From Eutreptiella sp. 'Long Island Sound 2002' (Eukaryota; Protista; Euglenida): 64,000 nucleotides of DNA. The stretch spans positions 100,502,001-100,566,000 of the forward strand of contig OZ038378.1 of assembly GCA_964036045.1 (NCBI GenBank), written 5' to 3'. The position numbers and the translations under genes were made by a program. The notes beneath the pieces were generated by a model, which saw only the letters and a list, made by a program, of their open reading frames with translations, was not told where the DNA came from and searched no databases. Shown piece by piece: positions 34,922-48,400 of the stretch. Every line of letters starts with the position of its first letter. Positions within the stretch are counted from its first letter, which is position 1.

Positions 34922-35329
34922 AATGCCCATGATGAACGAAGTGCAATGCGAAAACCAAAAACTTGTCACTTTCCTTAGCAGGTTTTTTTCAGGCATCCCT
35001 TTATCAGGGCGCTGCCGTTGCAGCCGTAGTGCTTGTGCTTTATTAAGCGCGCAAAGGTTGTCCTTGGCAAGGCTCCCTACCTTCAGCCACTTGTGTTGAC
35101 AATGAGGCAAGCAACAAGCCATTGGCAATGCTACTATTTAGTGCGAGAGACAATTGTTATATGTTTTTCCTCCAATGGGTTAATGCATTGCACACTTGGA
35201 GGGACGGAGGGAGGCAGGCCAGGCGGACTGGAGGGAGTGGGGGAGTGAGTGTATGGGGTATGCCATCCGTAGACGTGTACGAAAGATTTGTTTGGCAGTC
35301 GCAGGCGGTCGCAGGCGGTGGGCACCCCC

Positions 35330-36040
35330 AGGCGCACGTGGAGTGTAGCAACCATTTCCCTTCGTTTGGTCATTTTAAATGGGTTTGAGGGCCGTTTTGG
35401 GCCAAAAAAGGCTGTTTTTGCGCACAAAGTGCGCAATTTTGGGAGGGCACCCCCGGCTTGCCGCCCCGCCCCGGGGCGCCGTTAGTGAAGTTTTGGCCCA
35501 AAACCTGGATTTGGCAAGGCCTCCACCTTGGGTCTAGGATGGCTGGAGTAGAGTAGAGCCCGGAGCAATGACACGGAGCAATGGCCAAAACGGAAAGGAG
35601 AAGTACTTGGTTGTTGCTTGCTTGCTTGCTTGCTTGTTACCTAGATTTAAGGGGAGAGGGGTGTAGTAATATATATGTATGTCTTGTGGCATGGTGTAAC
35701 TCTAATCCCATGACCGCCTCAGGAACCAACCCCTTTGAGGTTCCCAGGGTGGCTGGGAATACCCAAGCCGATGATACCCTACCCTCTACTGTGGGAAGGG
35801 GCGGTGCGAACTGTCGGATCACACCTGGGCCGCATACCCAAATGTTCAGAGGTGCCCGACCCCCCCCCCCCCCCCGCGGGGAACCGCCCTCCCCGGCGGC
35901 CCCCCCGACGCCCCTCCCAGAAGCCCCCTCCTAGCCCCCCCCCCCCCCCCACCCCCCCCCAGGGGGCCTCCAGCCAACAGTTAGTGGGGGGGGGTAGTTG
36001 GTGTCCAAAACCGAGGGGTCACCCCCCCCCCCCCCCCGGG
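35330..36040 (+). mobile_element. Diverged partial copy of non-autonomous TIR family B (right end)
   Basis: Shares GTGGAGTGTA...CCCTTCG, (GCTT)n and the terminus GGGGTAGTTGGTGTCC...GAGGGGTCACCCCC...CCGG with 38489-40362. Confidence 0.7.
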
Positions 36041-36422
36041 GTGTCGCTCAGATTGTACCCATGCACACACACTCCAATGCACCAAGACCAAGAGTTGGAA
36101 ACGGAGGGAACCCCGGCAGGCCGTCCACTGAGCCCCAGGCTGTTGGGCAAGGGGGGGAATATGGGCCTGTCCGGGAAACCACGCCACGGTGCATGCATAA
36201 CCCCCGTGCCGCAGCTTGCACAAGGGGAATGTGGCATAATGACTGCAGCAATGGGGGGCGAATGCATTCCTCAGTTCTGGGCATTGCGGAGTCTAGCAGT
36301 TTTTTTGTTTGCTGCACAACAGACTGGACTGGTGGCAAATGGCGCACGGCTTCTTGATATGATAGAGGCTTTAAGAGGACTTGCGTGGCACTGTCACACA
36401 GCGCTGTGACTGGCAGGGCGAC

Positions 36423-36884
36423 ATGCAGTCCAAACGTTCCCTCCGGTATCAGCCCACGAGGTTGCCGCAACTCGTGGTTGGGACACAGAAGGATGACGCC
36501 AAACAAGCCGCAGAAAAGAATGTGGAACCGGCCAAGCGCGGGCCTGACTCTGCACAGGAGTTCGGCAAGCGCAGCACGCCGTACATCACGACCATGAAGA
36601 CCGGCTCGTCGCCGCTCCCACTTCCAAACCCTGGCCCCAGTCTCAAAAGGCCCAAGTCCAAGGGGGCTAGCACCGCAACGCTCAACGCTAGTGTGGCCAA
36701 GGCTGCACTGAGTAACCTTGGGGCCAATGGGGTGCTGAAGATGGAAGAGCCTGTGCCAACCGTGAAATTCAACCTGGACAAGCCTCCGATGTTTTGTATG
36801 CGGATGGGCAAGTTCTTAGAGCAGGAGCTGGCTAAGATCAGCCCCACCGGGGGTAAGATGCAGGAGCACTATGAGCGGGTACAG
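36423..36884 (+). CDS. TSNAXIP1: TSNAXIP1-like (translin-associated factor X-interacting protein 1) gene, exon 1
   Basis: ATG at 36423; DKPPMFCMRMGKFLEQELAKI...ERVQ resembles the start of the TSNAXIP1 N-terminal domain; phase-0 GT donor at 36885. Confidence 0.75.
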
Positions 36885-37871
36885 GTTTGGATCCCCGTTG
36901 CAAGAGCAATCAATCAACATGATCTCATGTCTTAATTGCAAGCGCATCTAAAGGAGGCATGGCGCGCGCACGGTGCATTCAATGCACGCAGTATGTTGTA
37001 TCCACGATGCGTGCCCTGTCTGCACTGCGTTGTGCTGACAACCTGCACCTCCGATGTGTTGTACGGCCAGAGCATCGCACGTCAAACCCCTTTTCCCTTT
37101 ATTCTGAATCATGCTATTTGCACACGCCACTGTCTATATGTGCGTCTCGTGGAATCAAATCCCAGTGAATTCCACTGGGGTTCAACTCCACTGATTCAGG
37201 GCCTGCAGGTGTAGTAGGTGGAGCAGGTGTAGGAGGTGGTGTTGCAAAGAATGCTTGGTTTCTGGTTCAAAAGACAAATGGAGCCGCTGTTTTCGTGGTT
37301 CCAAAAGTGGCCAAAAAAGCACGTTGTGTTTGGCAAGGGGGCAAGGGTGGTACAGTCGGGGAGACACTGTGCTCTCTCCAACCATCCGCAATAGCCTCCG
37401 TGGCGGTGAGTGTTGGTGAGTGGCAAAAATTTCCATTTTTCCGTCGGTGAGTGCGGTGAGTTAACTTTTTAAAGGGTACTGTGGGGAAGGTCTTCGACCT
37501 CCTGGAAAAATGGGGGAAATGGCACTGGGAAAATTGGGTATTGCGCCCCATTTTTCTCTCAATTCCCCCCATTTCCCCCCTTTTTTTTCCAAATTTCCCC
37601 CATTTTCCTCCCACTCTGGAAGTTGTTTGTACATTTTCCATCTTGATTTGTTCATGATCCCCCATCTCCCCCCCATCCCCCCCCCCCCCAATTTCCCTCC
37701 ATTTTCCTCCATTTTCCTCCACTTCCCCCATTTCCCCCATTTTTCCAGACTCCAAAACCCTGGTTCAGTGAGTTGGTGAGCTCGATGGCGGTGAGCGCGG
37801 ATGCTTGTCTCTCAATATGTTGCAATTCCGCTTGCCACCTCCTGAGCTCTTCTTGTGGATTGTTGGTGCAG

Positions 37872-38276
37872 GTACATCGGGACTGCCTCATGATGTTTGT
37901 TTCCCACTTCCAAGCGTACGCCGACCCCCTGACCCGCATCATTCACGAGTACGATGTGTGCATCACGTACCTCAGGCAGGCCCATGACGTTGTACATGCC
38001 GGGCGGCTGGAGTACCAACAGGCAAAGGTGGAGGCGGAGGGGGAGCTTGCGAAGGGCTTGATTGCTGCGGAGGAGTTGGCCACGCAAAAGACCCAGGAAG
38101 TGCGCGTGCTGCAGGACCGGGTTGCGCTGCTGGAACAGCAGGCGGAGGCGCTGAAGGAGGCGTGCGCGCAGCAGCAGGCGCAGTTGGTGGTATTGCAGGA
38201 GCGCAATACACTGCTGAGCACGTCCATCATTGACTACCGGCTGCAACAGCAAAAGGATGCGCAGAAGGTCCAGCAG
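37872..38276 (+). CDS. TSNAXIP1: TSNAXIP1-like exon 2 (coiled-coil)
   Basis: TGCAG acceptor; VHRDCLMMFVSHFQAYADPLTRIIHEYD (cf. YREIF..FIEDFKTYKPLLS.IK..YE); 405 nt, phase 0 to 0. Confidence 0.85.
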
Positions 38277-38488
38277 GTGGCGTGGATGTGCCTGTCTACT
38301 GCTTACGTGCCTGTTCCTTGTGCTGTTCAGGGTCTGTAAGGGGCTCTTCCGTAACGGTGAGTGCTGCCAATAATTGTGTTGCATTTACCTGGAATTGCAA
38401 TCAACAGAAAGGTGTCACCCCAAGTAAATCTTGTGATCACATGCAAAATCTGGATATACCAATGCTTGTAATATTTTTTGCTCGCGGT

Positions 38489-40362
38489 CCGGGGGGGGGG
38501 GGGGGGCGACTCCACGGGTCCTAGGACGCCAACTACCCCTGCCCCCCCCCCCCCCCCCTAGGGGCCTTCGGCCAACAGTTAGTTGCCAAAGGTGTCGCCC
38601 TCAGGCGTCCATGGGCGCCTAAGGCGCCCGACACTCCATGAACACCAAAGGTGCCCTAAGGAAAATTTTGTCCAATTTGCACCCCAACACTATCCTTAAA
38701 CCCAACCTTGACTCCAACACCCACCCCCAACCCTCAGCCTACTCCCATCCCTACACCTAACCCTAATCAAGACTGAATATTGGGACCGAGCTGGTGGGGG
38801 AGGGAACATCAGCTATGACTGGTGAGGGACATCAAGAATGATTCACACATTGATGGCTCTTGACAAAGTGGAATCAGCTTGCAAGTGAACCCCATCACCA
38901 CGAGGCCCACTTTCAAGGCTTTTTGGACTTCTAAGGGGCCAAAATGCGCCCAAAATGGGCTCAAAATGGGCTCATTTCACCCCTTTGTGCACCCCAAATG
39001 GTCTAGGATGAGGTTTGGAAAAATGCGTTTTTGACCCATTTTTGACCCATTTTTGGTCCCAAAACAGCCCATTTTCAAGGCATTTTGGGATTTTCGGAGG
39101 ACCAAAATGGGCCACCACAAGCTCAAAACGGTCCAAAAACACTTGTTTTAGCGTCGCACATGGTCTAGGATCATTTTTGAGAAAAGTCATCTTTTTGCCC
39201 CTACTGGACCCTGTTGACCCATTTGGGCACCCACCTGTTTGGGCTTGAGGTTGCAGCTTGCCGCAGCCTAGTGGGCCTAGGTATTGGGGTGTAGGCGTCC
39301 GTTTGGGCAATTTTGCGGGGTGGAAACCACAAAAAGTGGGGGGTTGTGGGTGGTGTAGGTGCCCTCGGAATCGCATTCTGAGTCATGTAGCCAAAGATAT
39401 GGCCTATTCTTGGTTTGTGGCCATCGGCAGCCAATCTACCCAAAATTTGGAGCTTCTGGGGGCCTTTTTGGGCTGTTTCCGGGACATATCATGGAGTTAG
39501 AGGGCCGCAAAGAGCTCCTTGACACGGGGAAGTCAAGACGCAAGTGGAGTGTACCCACCGTTTCCCTTCGTCTGGCCGTTTTGAATGTGTGCTAGGGCTT
39601 TTTTGGCTAAAAAATGGCTGTTTTTGGCCCTAAACTGCAGTTTTTGAAACTGAGGTCCGCCACTTGCGAATCCCGTTCCCGGCCGCCACCGTTGAGTTTC
39701 TCGCTCAAACTTTGTGTGATTGTACTTCACACCCATAGGTATCATGCACCAAAATTTCAACCAAATCCGAAGCACCAGGACGGAGTTCTGATTTTTACCC
39801 ATTTCGCGCGTGCTGCTTGCTTGCTGCTTGCTTGCTTGCTGCTGCTGCTAAACCTGGTAGGTCCACCCTAGACACTAAAAAGGGTTATAAAACCAAGACT
39901 GGTTCCACCAGCTCGGTGACCCTAGCCCTAACCCTAGCCCTGGCTCTCACCCTAGGGCTAGTCGTCAGAGTGAGTGTTGGGGTCCAAAATGGAAAGCAAT
40001 GATGTGGCAAAAGCAGCCATGAACGAAATGGTGGGGATTTTGTTCAGCCCAATCAACATGGCTGGCATGGCCAAACCAACTGGCTGCAAAGGTTAGGGTT
40101 AGGTTTATGGTGATGGTATGGTTAGAGGGAGGGCAAGGGGAGGTAAGGGGAGCCTGTGCCCCCCTCCCCCCCCTCCCAACACCCCAAATCGCCTCACCTG
40201 GACCCCCCCCCCAACCGACCCTCCCGGAGCCCCTCCCCCCCAAGCCCCTCCTAGACCCCCCCCCAATCGCCCTCCCTGAACCCCCCCCCCCCCAAGGGGC
40301 CTCCGGCCAACAGTTAGTTGGGGGGGTAGTTGGCGTCCAGAACCGAGGGGTCGCCCCCCCGT
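38489..40362 (+). mobile_element. Non-autonomous DNA transposon (family B, 1.87 kb) with TIRs and a 9-bp TSD (Mutator-like); in intron 2
   Basis: Ends CCGGGG..GGCGACTCCACGGGTCCTAGGACGCCAACTACCCC and GGGGTAGTTGGCGTCCAGAACCGAGGGGTCGCCCCCCCGT. GCTCGCGGT is duplicated at 38480-38488 and 40363-40371. No transposase ORF. Confidence 0.8.
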
Positions 40363-41248
40363 GCTCGCGGTGAAAACGTTTTTGCTCGTGGTTACAATTT
40401 AGTATTAGGGATATCCCTAGAGCGAAACATAACAACAAAAACTCAAAAATTTGAAGGTGCTACTAACCACAACTTGCATGGAAAAACCATCATTTGTGTC
40501 TGCCTGCCTGTGTACTGTGGTCAGGCCGTAACGTTGAGGACACAACAGGAACAGATTAGTTGCGGCTCCATGTGCCAAAGGGTACCAAATGCTGATGAGT
40601 GATCTGCAGGAGCAATGGGCTCGCCAACACTGAAACCACATCAAATTTGATGGCCAATCAACCCATCTTTTTTGGTGCTACAGTTCCATTTCACATCAAG
40701 GAACTTCTCCAGTGCCAAACTGGTTTGATCTCAGTTCTGTTTGCTTGGATCTCTATTTGAGAGCTTAAACGGATGTCCTTCATATGCATGTCACGTAAAT
40801 GATGAATGCATGGACAATGTCACTCTCCAAAACACAGTTCAAACGGTCGCAAGATAAGTGAATATGCAGACCAGCACAATATGCGATGATGGGTTTCACC
40901 ATGCACAGCTTCTTTCATCCTATTGCTGCTTGGGTCTTTACCTTGCTCTGTTCTCTTCATGTCCCTCCTCTGTATCATTTCCCTTCAGCACGTGCATCTG
41001 TTGAAAGCAGCAATCCCCATGTTTCTCAAGGAGCCATCACCGGATGGTATCCATGGATTGGTCCATGATTAGTTGATGCCCTCGGGTTTTGTGCACCGCA
41101 AAGACGGTTTTGCACAACTAACGAAGCCCAAGTGGTGGTAGTGGATCGTCCCTCCCCCACCCCCCGCAAAGTGGCCCATGCCCATGCCTATGTATGACCT
41201 GCTGTTGCGGTTTTTTGCAGCATCATCTCCATGGCTTTGTCGATGCAG

Positions 41249-41634
41249 GGGAAGTTCCTTGTGAGAGAGATGGAATCTGTGAAGCAGAGTGCCAACGAGT
41301 CATTTTTGGCCTTGGAGGAGCAAAAGACGAAGCGACTCTTGGAAGAGTCCCTTCACGAGCAGGAACGGACAAAGCGTGCGGAGGCAGAGGACGAACTGAA
41401 GGCAGTGAAGTTCGAGTTTAAAGTGCTGGCAGCACAGCACAATTCGCTGAAATCCAAATACCAGAAGTCTGTCACAGAGAACACACTGCTGCACGATGCT
41501 GTCCGGCGACTGCAGGAGCAATTGGACCTGCAGCTCCAAAAGGAGCGCGTCATAGTGACCCCGAGGCCTGAGTGGAAGCGATACCATAAGCTGCTCTGCC
41601 AAGTGGTGGTCCAGGGCGCAGCTGAAGGGCTCAG
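41249..41634 (+). CDS. TSNAXIP1: TSNAXIP1-like exon 3
   Basis: TGCAG acceptor; coiled-coil followed by VTPRPEW (conserved TPRPDW). Donor probably 41635 (phase 2); the alternative is 41603 (phase 0). Confidence 0.8.
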
Positions 41635-41956
41635 GTCCCTGCAAGCTTTTCTCCTTTCCAACCTGCCACTGCCCCCACACCGCCTCTTGTCCCTCGTCTT
41701 GGCGCACTTAAATTCCCCTCATTCTCAGCCGCTGGACCCCTCCCATGTGCCTGTATGAGTACACAGTGACACGTACACACACTGAGGCACGCCCTCGTGC
41801 ATGCACTGCAGCATGCGCATGATACACTGCTGCAAATGCATGTCCTGGTGCATGCCATTGTGCATGCTCTGCTGCATGCTCACACTCTTGCATGCCCCGA
41901 TTGATAGACCGGGGCATGTGCATACACTTTGCAAGTCATTGCAATTGTGTTGCATG

Positions 41957-42140
41957 ATGTGTTGAGTTGTGTTGAGTTGTGTTGAGTTGAGTTGAGTTGA
42001 GTTGTTTTGTGTTGTGTTGTGTTGTGTTGTGTTGTGTTGTGTTGTGTTGTGTTGTGTTGTGTTGTGTTGTGTTGTGTTGTGTTGTGTTGTGTTGTGTTGT
42101 GTTGTGTTGTGTTGTGTTGTGTTGTGTTGTGTTGTGTTGT
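41957..42140. repeat. Compound pentanucleotide microsatellite (TTGAG)n-(TTGTG)n
   Basis: Read directly; about 27 perfect TTGTG units. Confidence 0.98.
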
Positions 42141-42419
42141 GCCGAAGGCGCTGTTACCAAAAGGCAATGGCCGGGATGTCTACCCACGGGTACAGGTAGA
42201 CGGGAGGGCTGTGTGTCTTAGTGCGCGCTGTGTGCTAGTGTGGTTGTACAGCCGGACCAGTGCCCTGTCGCACTTGGCCGGTATTGCTCTGCCGACGCCT
42301 GTGCACAGTCACACAGGGTCTAGTAGGCCCACTGCACCGTGTGTGCCGCGCTGCACCATCAGTACTTTGTGTGCGGTGCCGCACTGCTTGGTGCTGTGCA
42401 CCGCACTGCACTGTGTGTG

Positions 42420-45400
42420 CCCTCCCACACTGCACTTGTGGGCAGTGGGCAGTGGGCAGTGGAACTCCTGCATCGCACTGCCACACTGCCTCGAGGCTGT
42501 GGGCAGTGCAACTCCTGCTATGCACTGCCTCACTGCCTGTGCGCAGTGGGCAGTTGAAGTCCTGCTATGTACCGCCAGATTGCCTAGGGGCAGTGGGCAG
42601 TGGAACTCCTGCAAGGCAGCGCCCGACTGCCTGGTGGCAGTCGGCAGTGGATTTTTTACAATGCAATGCTACACCGCCTGGAGACGGTGGCCAGTGGAAC
42701 TCTTGCAATGTGCCGGCCCACAAGCTGGGGGGACGAGGATTCCTGCCCTGGAGGCGGTAAAGAGCGGAACTCCTGCAGTGCTCTGCCACATTGCCTCGAG
42801 ACGGTGGGCAGTGGAACCACTGCAATCCACTGCCTCACTACTTGGGGGCAGTGGGCAAGTGCAACTCTTGCAATGCACCGCCTCACTGTCTGGGGCAGTG
42901 GGCAGTGGGACTTCTGCAATGCGCTGCCGCACTGTTTGGGGGCAGTGGGTGGTGCAACTCCTGCAATGCACCGCAGTTACTACCTGGGGGCAATGGGCGG
43001 TGCAGCTCCTGCAATGCAGTGCCTCACCGCTTGGGGGGCGGTGCGCAGTGTAGCTTCTCCTATGCACGGCCGCTCCGCCTGGGGTCTGTGGGCAGTGAAA
43101 CTCGTGCTATGCACCGCCACACCGCCTGACGGTGGCGGGCAGCGGATCTTCCGCAACGCGCGGGCCCACCAGCTGGGGGGACAGGGAGTCGTGCCCGGCA
43201 GGAGGTCGCTGCCATAAAGAGCGGAATCCCTGCAATGCACCGCCAAACTGCCTCGGGGCAGTGGGTAGTCGAATTCCTGCAATGCAATGCCACACCGCTT
43301 TAGGGCAGTGGGCGGTGCAACTCCTGCAATACACTGCCACACAGCCTAGGGGCAGTGGCCAGTGGAACTCCCGCAATGAGCAACCTCACTGCTTGGGGGC
43401 AGTGGGCAGCGGAACTCGTGTCATGCAAAGCCACACTGCCTAGGGGCTGTGGGCAGGGCAACTGCTGCAATGCACTGCCTCACTGCCTTGGGGCAGTAGG
43501 CAGTGGAACTCGTGCAATGAACTGCCTCACTGCCTAGGGGCAGTGGGCAGTGGAACTCATGCAATGCATTGCAACATTGCCTGGGGGCAGTGGCCAGGGC
43601 AACTGCTGTGCTGCACTGCCACACCGGCTGGGGGCAGTGAGCAGCAGACCTCGTGCAATGCGCGGGTCCACCAGCTGGGCGGACGGGGAGTCCTGCCCAG
43701 GAGGCGCTTGCTGCCCAAAGAGTGGTACTCTTGCATTGCATCGCCACGGTGCCTGGGGGCAGTGGGCAGTGGAACTCCTGCAATGCAGTGCCTCACTGCT
43801 TGGGGGCATTGGGCAGTGGAACTCTTGTTATGCATTGCCACACTGCTTAGGGGAAGTGGGCAGTGGAACTCGTGCAACGCACTGCCCCATTGGCCAGGGG
43901 CAGTGGCAGTGCAATTCTCGCGGCACACTACCACACTGCGTGGGGGCAGTGCACAGTGCAACTCCTGCAATGCAACGCCACACTGCCTGGGGGCGGTGGG
44001 CAGTGGAACTCATGCAATGCACTGCCTCACTACTTGGGGGCATTGTGCAGTGGAACTCCTGTCATGCACTGCCACAGTGCTTAGGGGCGGTGGGCAGTGG
44101 AACTCCTACAATGCGCGGGCCCAGTAGCTGGGGGGACGGGGAGTCCTGCCCACGAGACGGTCGTTGCCTAAAGAGCGGTATTCCTGCTGTGCACTACCTC
44201 ACAGCCCGGGGGCAGTGGGCAGTGGAACTCATGAAACATACTGCCTCACTGCATAGCGGCAGTGGGCAGTGTAACGCTTGCAACGCACTGCCTCACCGCC
44301 TCGGGGCGGAGGTTAGTGGAACTCTTACAACGCACTGCTTCACTGCCTCGGGTAGTGGGCAGTGGTACTCCTGCAATGCACTGCCTCACTGCCTGGCGGC
44401 AGTCGGCAGAGCAACTGCTGTAATGCACTCCATACCGGCTTGTGGCCATGGGCAGTAGAACTCGTGCAATGCGCGGGCCCACAAGCTGGGGGGACAAGGA
44501 ATCCTGCCCATCAGGCGGTCACTGCCCAAAGAGCAGTACTATTGAAATGCACCGCCGCACTGCCTCAGAGCAGTGGGGAGTCGAATTGCTGCAATGCAAT
44601 GCCACACCGCCTAGGGGCCGTGGGCAGTGGAACTCCATACCGGCTTGTGGCCATGGGCAGTAGAACTCGTGCAATGCGCGGGCCCACAAGCTGGGGGGAC
44701 AAGGAATCCTGCCCATCAGGCGGTCACTGCCCAAAGAGCAGTACTATTGAAATGCACCGCCGCACTGCCTCAGAGCAGTGGGGAGTCGAATTGCTGCAAT
44801 GCAATGCCACACCGCCTAGGGGCCGTGGGCAGTGGAACTCCTGCAATGAACTGCCTCACCTCTTGGGGGAAGTGCACAGCGGAACTCCTGCAATGCGGTG
44901 CCACACTGCCTAGGGGCAGTGGGCAGGGCAACTGCTGCAATGCACTGCCTCACTGCCTGGGAGCAGTAGGCAGTGCATCTCCTGCAATGCACTGCCACAC
45001 TGCCCGGGGGCATTGGGCAGCGGAACCACTGCAATTCACTGCCACACTGCCTTGGGGCAGTGGCCAGGGCAACTGCTGTAATGCAGTGCCATACCGGCCG
45101 GGGGCAGTGGGCAGTGGCACTCGTGCAATGCGCGGGCCCACCAGCTGGGCGGAGGGGGGATATTGCCCAGGAGGCGGTACTCTTGCAATGCACTGCCACA
45201 GTGCCCGTGGGCAGTGGGCAGTCGAACTGCTGCAATGAACTGCCTCACTGACTGGGGGCAGTGGGCAGTGGAACTCCTATCATGCACTGCCACATTGCTC
45301 AGGGGCAGTGGGCAGTGGAACTCCTGCAATGCATTGCCCCACTGGCCAGGGGCAGTGGGCATTACAACTCCTGCAACGCACTACCACACTGCCTGGGGCA

Positions 45401-48400
45401 GCAGGCAGTGCAATTCTTGCAAAGCACTTCCCCACCGCCGGGGGGCGGCGGGCAGTGGAACTCTTGCAATGCGCGGGCCCAATAGCTGGGGGGGACGGGG
45501 AGTCCTACCGAGGAGGCCGTCGTTGCCTATCGAGCCGTATTCTTGCAGCGCATTGCCTCACTGCCCGGGGGCAGTGGGCAGTGGAGCTCCTACAACATAC
45601 TTTCTCACTGCTAAGGGGCAATGGGCGGTGGAACTCTTGCAACGCACCGTCTCAACGCATGGGGGCGTAGGACAATGGAACTGTTACAATGCGCTGCCTT
45701 ACTGCCTAGGGGCAGTGGGCGGTGGTACTCCTACAATGCACAGCCTCACTGCCTGGGGGAAGTGGGCAGGGCAACTACTGTAATGCACTGCCATACCGGC
45801 TTGGGGCAGTGGGCAGCGGAACTGGTGCAATGCGCGGGCCCACCAGCTGGGGGGGCGGGGAATTCCGCCCAGGCGGCGCTCACTGCCCAAAGAGCGGTAC
45901 TCTTGCAATGCACTGCCACAATGCATGGGGGCAGTGGGCAGTGGGACTCGTGCAATGCACTGCTAAATTACGTGGAGGCAGCGCAGTGCCACGCTGCCCC
46001 GAAGCAGTGGGGACTGGAACTCGCGCAATGCACTTCCACACTAGCTGGGGGTAGTGGGCAGTGGAACCCTTGCAATGCACTGCCACACTGCCTGGGGGAA
46101 GTTGGCAGTGCAACTCCTGCATTGCAATGCCACACCATCAGGGGGCGGCACGCAGTCGAAATCTTGCAATGCGCGGGTCCACCAGCTGGGGGGACGGGGA
46201 GTCTTGCCCATAGCCGGGCGCTGCCTAAAGCGTGGAACTCTTGCAACGCACTGCCACGGGGCCTTGGGGCAGTGGGCGGCGCAACTCCTGCAATGCACTG
46301 CCACCGTCCTCAGGGGCAGTGGGCAGTTGAACTCTCGCAATGCACTGCCTCACTGCCAAGGCGCTTTGGGCAGTGGAGCTCTTACAATATATTGCCTCAC
46401 TTCTCAGGGGCAGTGGGTAGTGGAACTCCTACAATGCACTGTCTCACTGTGTGGGGGCACGGGGCAGTGGAACTGCTGCAATGCACTGCCACACTACCGG
46501 TGGGCGGTGGGCATTGGATCTTGTGCAACGCACTGCCTCACCGATTTGGGGCAGTGCGCAGTGGAACTCTTGCAATGCACTGCCTCACTGCCTAGCGGCG
46601 GTCGGAAGTTCCATCCCTATAATGCACTGCCACAACGACCGGGCGCAATGGGCAGTGGAACTCTTGCAAAACACTGCCGCCCTGCTTGGGGGCCGTGGGC
46701 AGTCGAACGCCCGCAATGCACTGCCACAGTGCCCCGGGGCAGTGGGCAGTGGAGCGCCTGCAATGCACTGCCACACTTTCTGGGGGCAGTGGGCAGTGGA
46801 ACCCTTGCAATGCACTGCCACACTGCCTGGGGGAAGTTGGCAGTGCAACTCCTGCATTGCAATGCCACACCATCAGGGGGCGGCACGCAGTCGAAATCTT
46901 GCAATGCGGGGGTCCACCAGCTGGGGGGACGGAGAGTCTTGCCCAGGAGGCGGGCGCTGCCTAAAGCGTGGAACTCTTGCAACGCACTGCCTTGGGGCAG
47001 TGGGCGGCGCAACTCCTGCAATGCATTGCCACCGTCCTCAGGGGCAGTGGGCAGTTGAACTCTCGCAATGCACTGCCTCACTGCCAAGGCGCTGTGGGCA
47101 GTGGAGCTCTTACAACATATTGCCTCACTTCTCAGGGGCAGTGGGTAGTGGAACTCCTACAATGCACTGTCTCACTGTGTGGGGGCACGGGGCAGTGGAA
47201 CTGCTGCAATGCACTGCCACACTACCGGTGGGCGGTGGGCATTGGATCTTGTGCAACGCACTGCCTCACCGATTTGGGGCAGTGCGCAGTGGAACTCTTG
47301 CAATGCACTGCCTCACTGCGTAGCGGCAGTCGGAAGTTCCATCCCTATAATGCACTGCCACAACGACCGGGCGCAATGGGCAGTGGAACTCCTGCAAAAC
47401 ACTGCCGCCCTGCTTGGGGGCCGTGGGCAGTCGAACGCCCGCAATGCACTGCCACAGTGCCTCGGGGCAGTGGGCAGTGGAGCGCCTGCAATGCACTGCC
47501 ACACTTTCTGGGGGCAGTGGGCAGTGGGACTTTTGCAATGCAGTGCCACGCCACCTGGGCGCAGTGGGCAGTGGAACTCCTACAATGCATTGCAGCCCTG
47601 ACTGGGCGCACTAGGTAGTGGAGTGCCTGCAATGCACGGCCACAATGCCCAGGGGTAGTGGGCAATGCAACCCCTGTAATGCACCGCCACCGTGCCTGGG
47701 GGCAATGGGCAGCGGAACTCCCGCAATGTGCTGGCCCACCAACTTGGGGGACAGCGCGTCGTGCCCAGGAGGCGGTCGCTGCCTATATAGCCTCTTTAGC
47801 TAGCCAGTATAGCGGAATTCTTGCAATGCAGTGCCACAGTGCGTGCTGGCAGTGGGCAGTGAAATGGTTGTAATGCACCGCCACCTGCTCGGGGGTAGTG
47901 GGCCGTGGAACTCTTGCAATACACCGCCTCACTGCCTGGGGGCAGTGGGCAGTGGAAACCCTGCAACGTCTTTCCAAACTGCCTGAGGGCAGTTGGCAGT
48001 GGGACTCCTGCAACACACCGCCACACTGCATGGGGGCAATGGGTAGTGCAACTCCTATAATGCATTGCCTCACCGCCTAGGGGCTGTGTGCAGTGCAACT
48101 CTTGCAATGCATTGCCCCCCTACCTTGGGGCAGTGGGCAGTGGAATCCCGTCATGCACTGCCACACTGCCCAAGGGGAGTAGGCAGTGGAACTCTTGCAA
48201 TGCAATGCCTCATTGCTTGGGGGCAGTGGGCACTGCAACTCCTGCAACGCATTGCCTTACTATCCAGAGACAGTGGGTAGTGGTGCCCCCAGGCAGTGTG
48301 GCAGTGCATTGCACGCGTTCCACTGCCCACTGCCCCCAGGTAGTGAGTGCAGTGCATTGCAAGAGTTGCAATGCCCGCTGCCGTGAGGCCGTAAGGCACT

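Noticed and set aside
33383-40105. Telomere or chromosome end from TTAGGG/CCCTAA runs
   Set aside because: Only 2-3 units, degenerate, and always internal to interspersed repeats.
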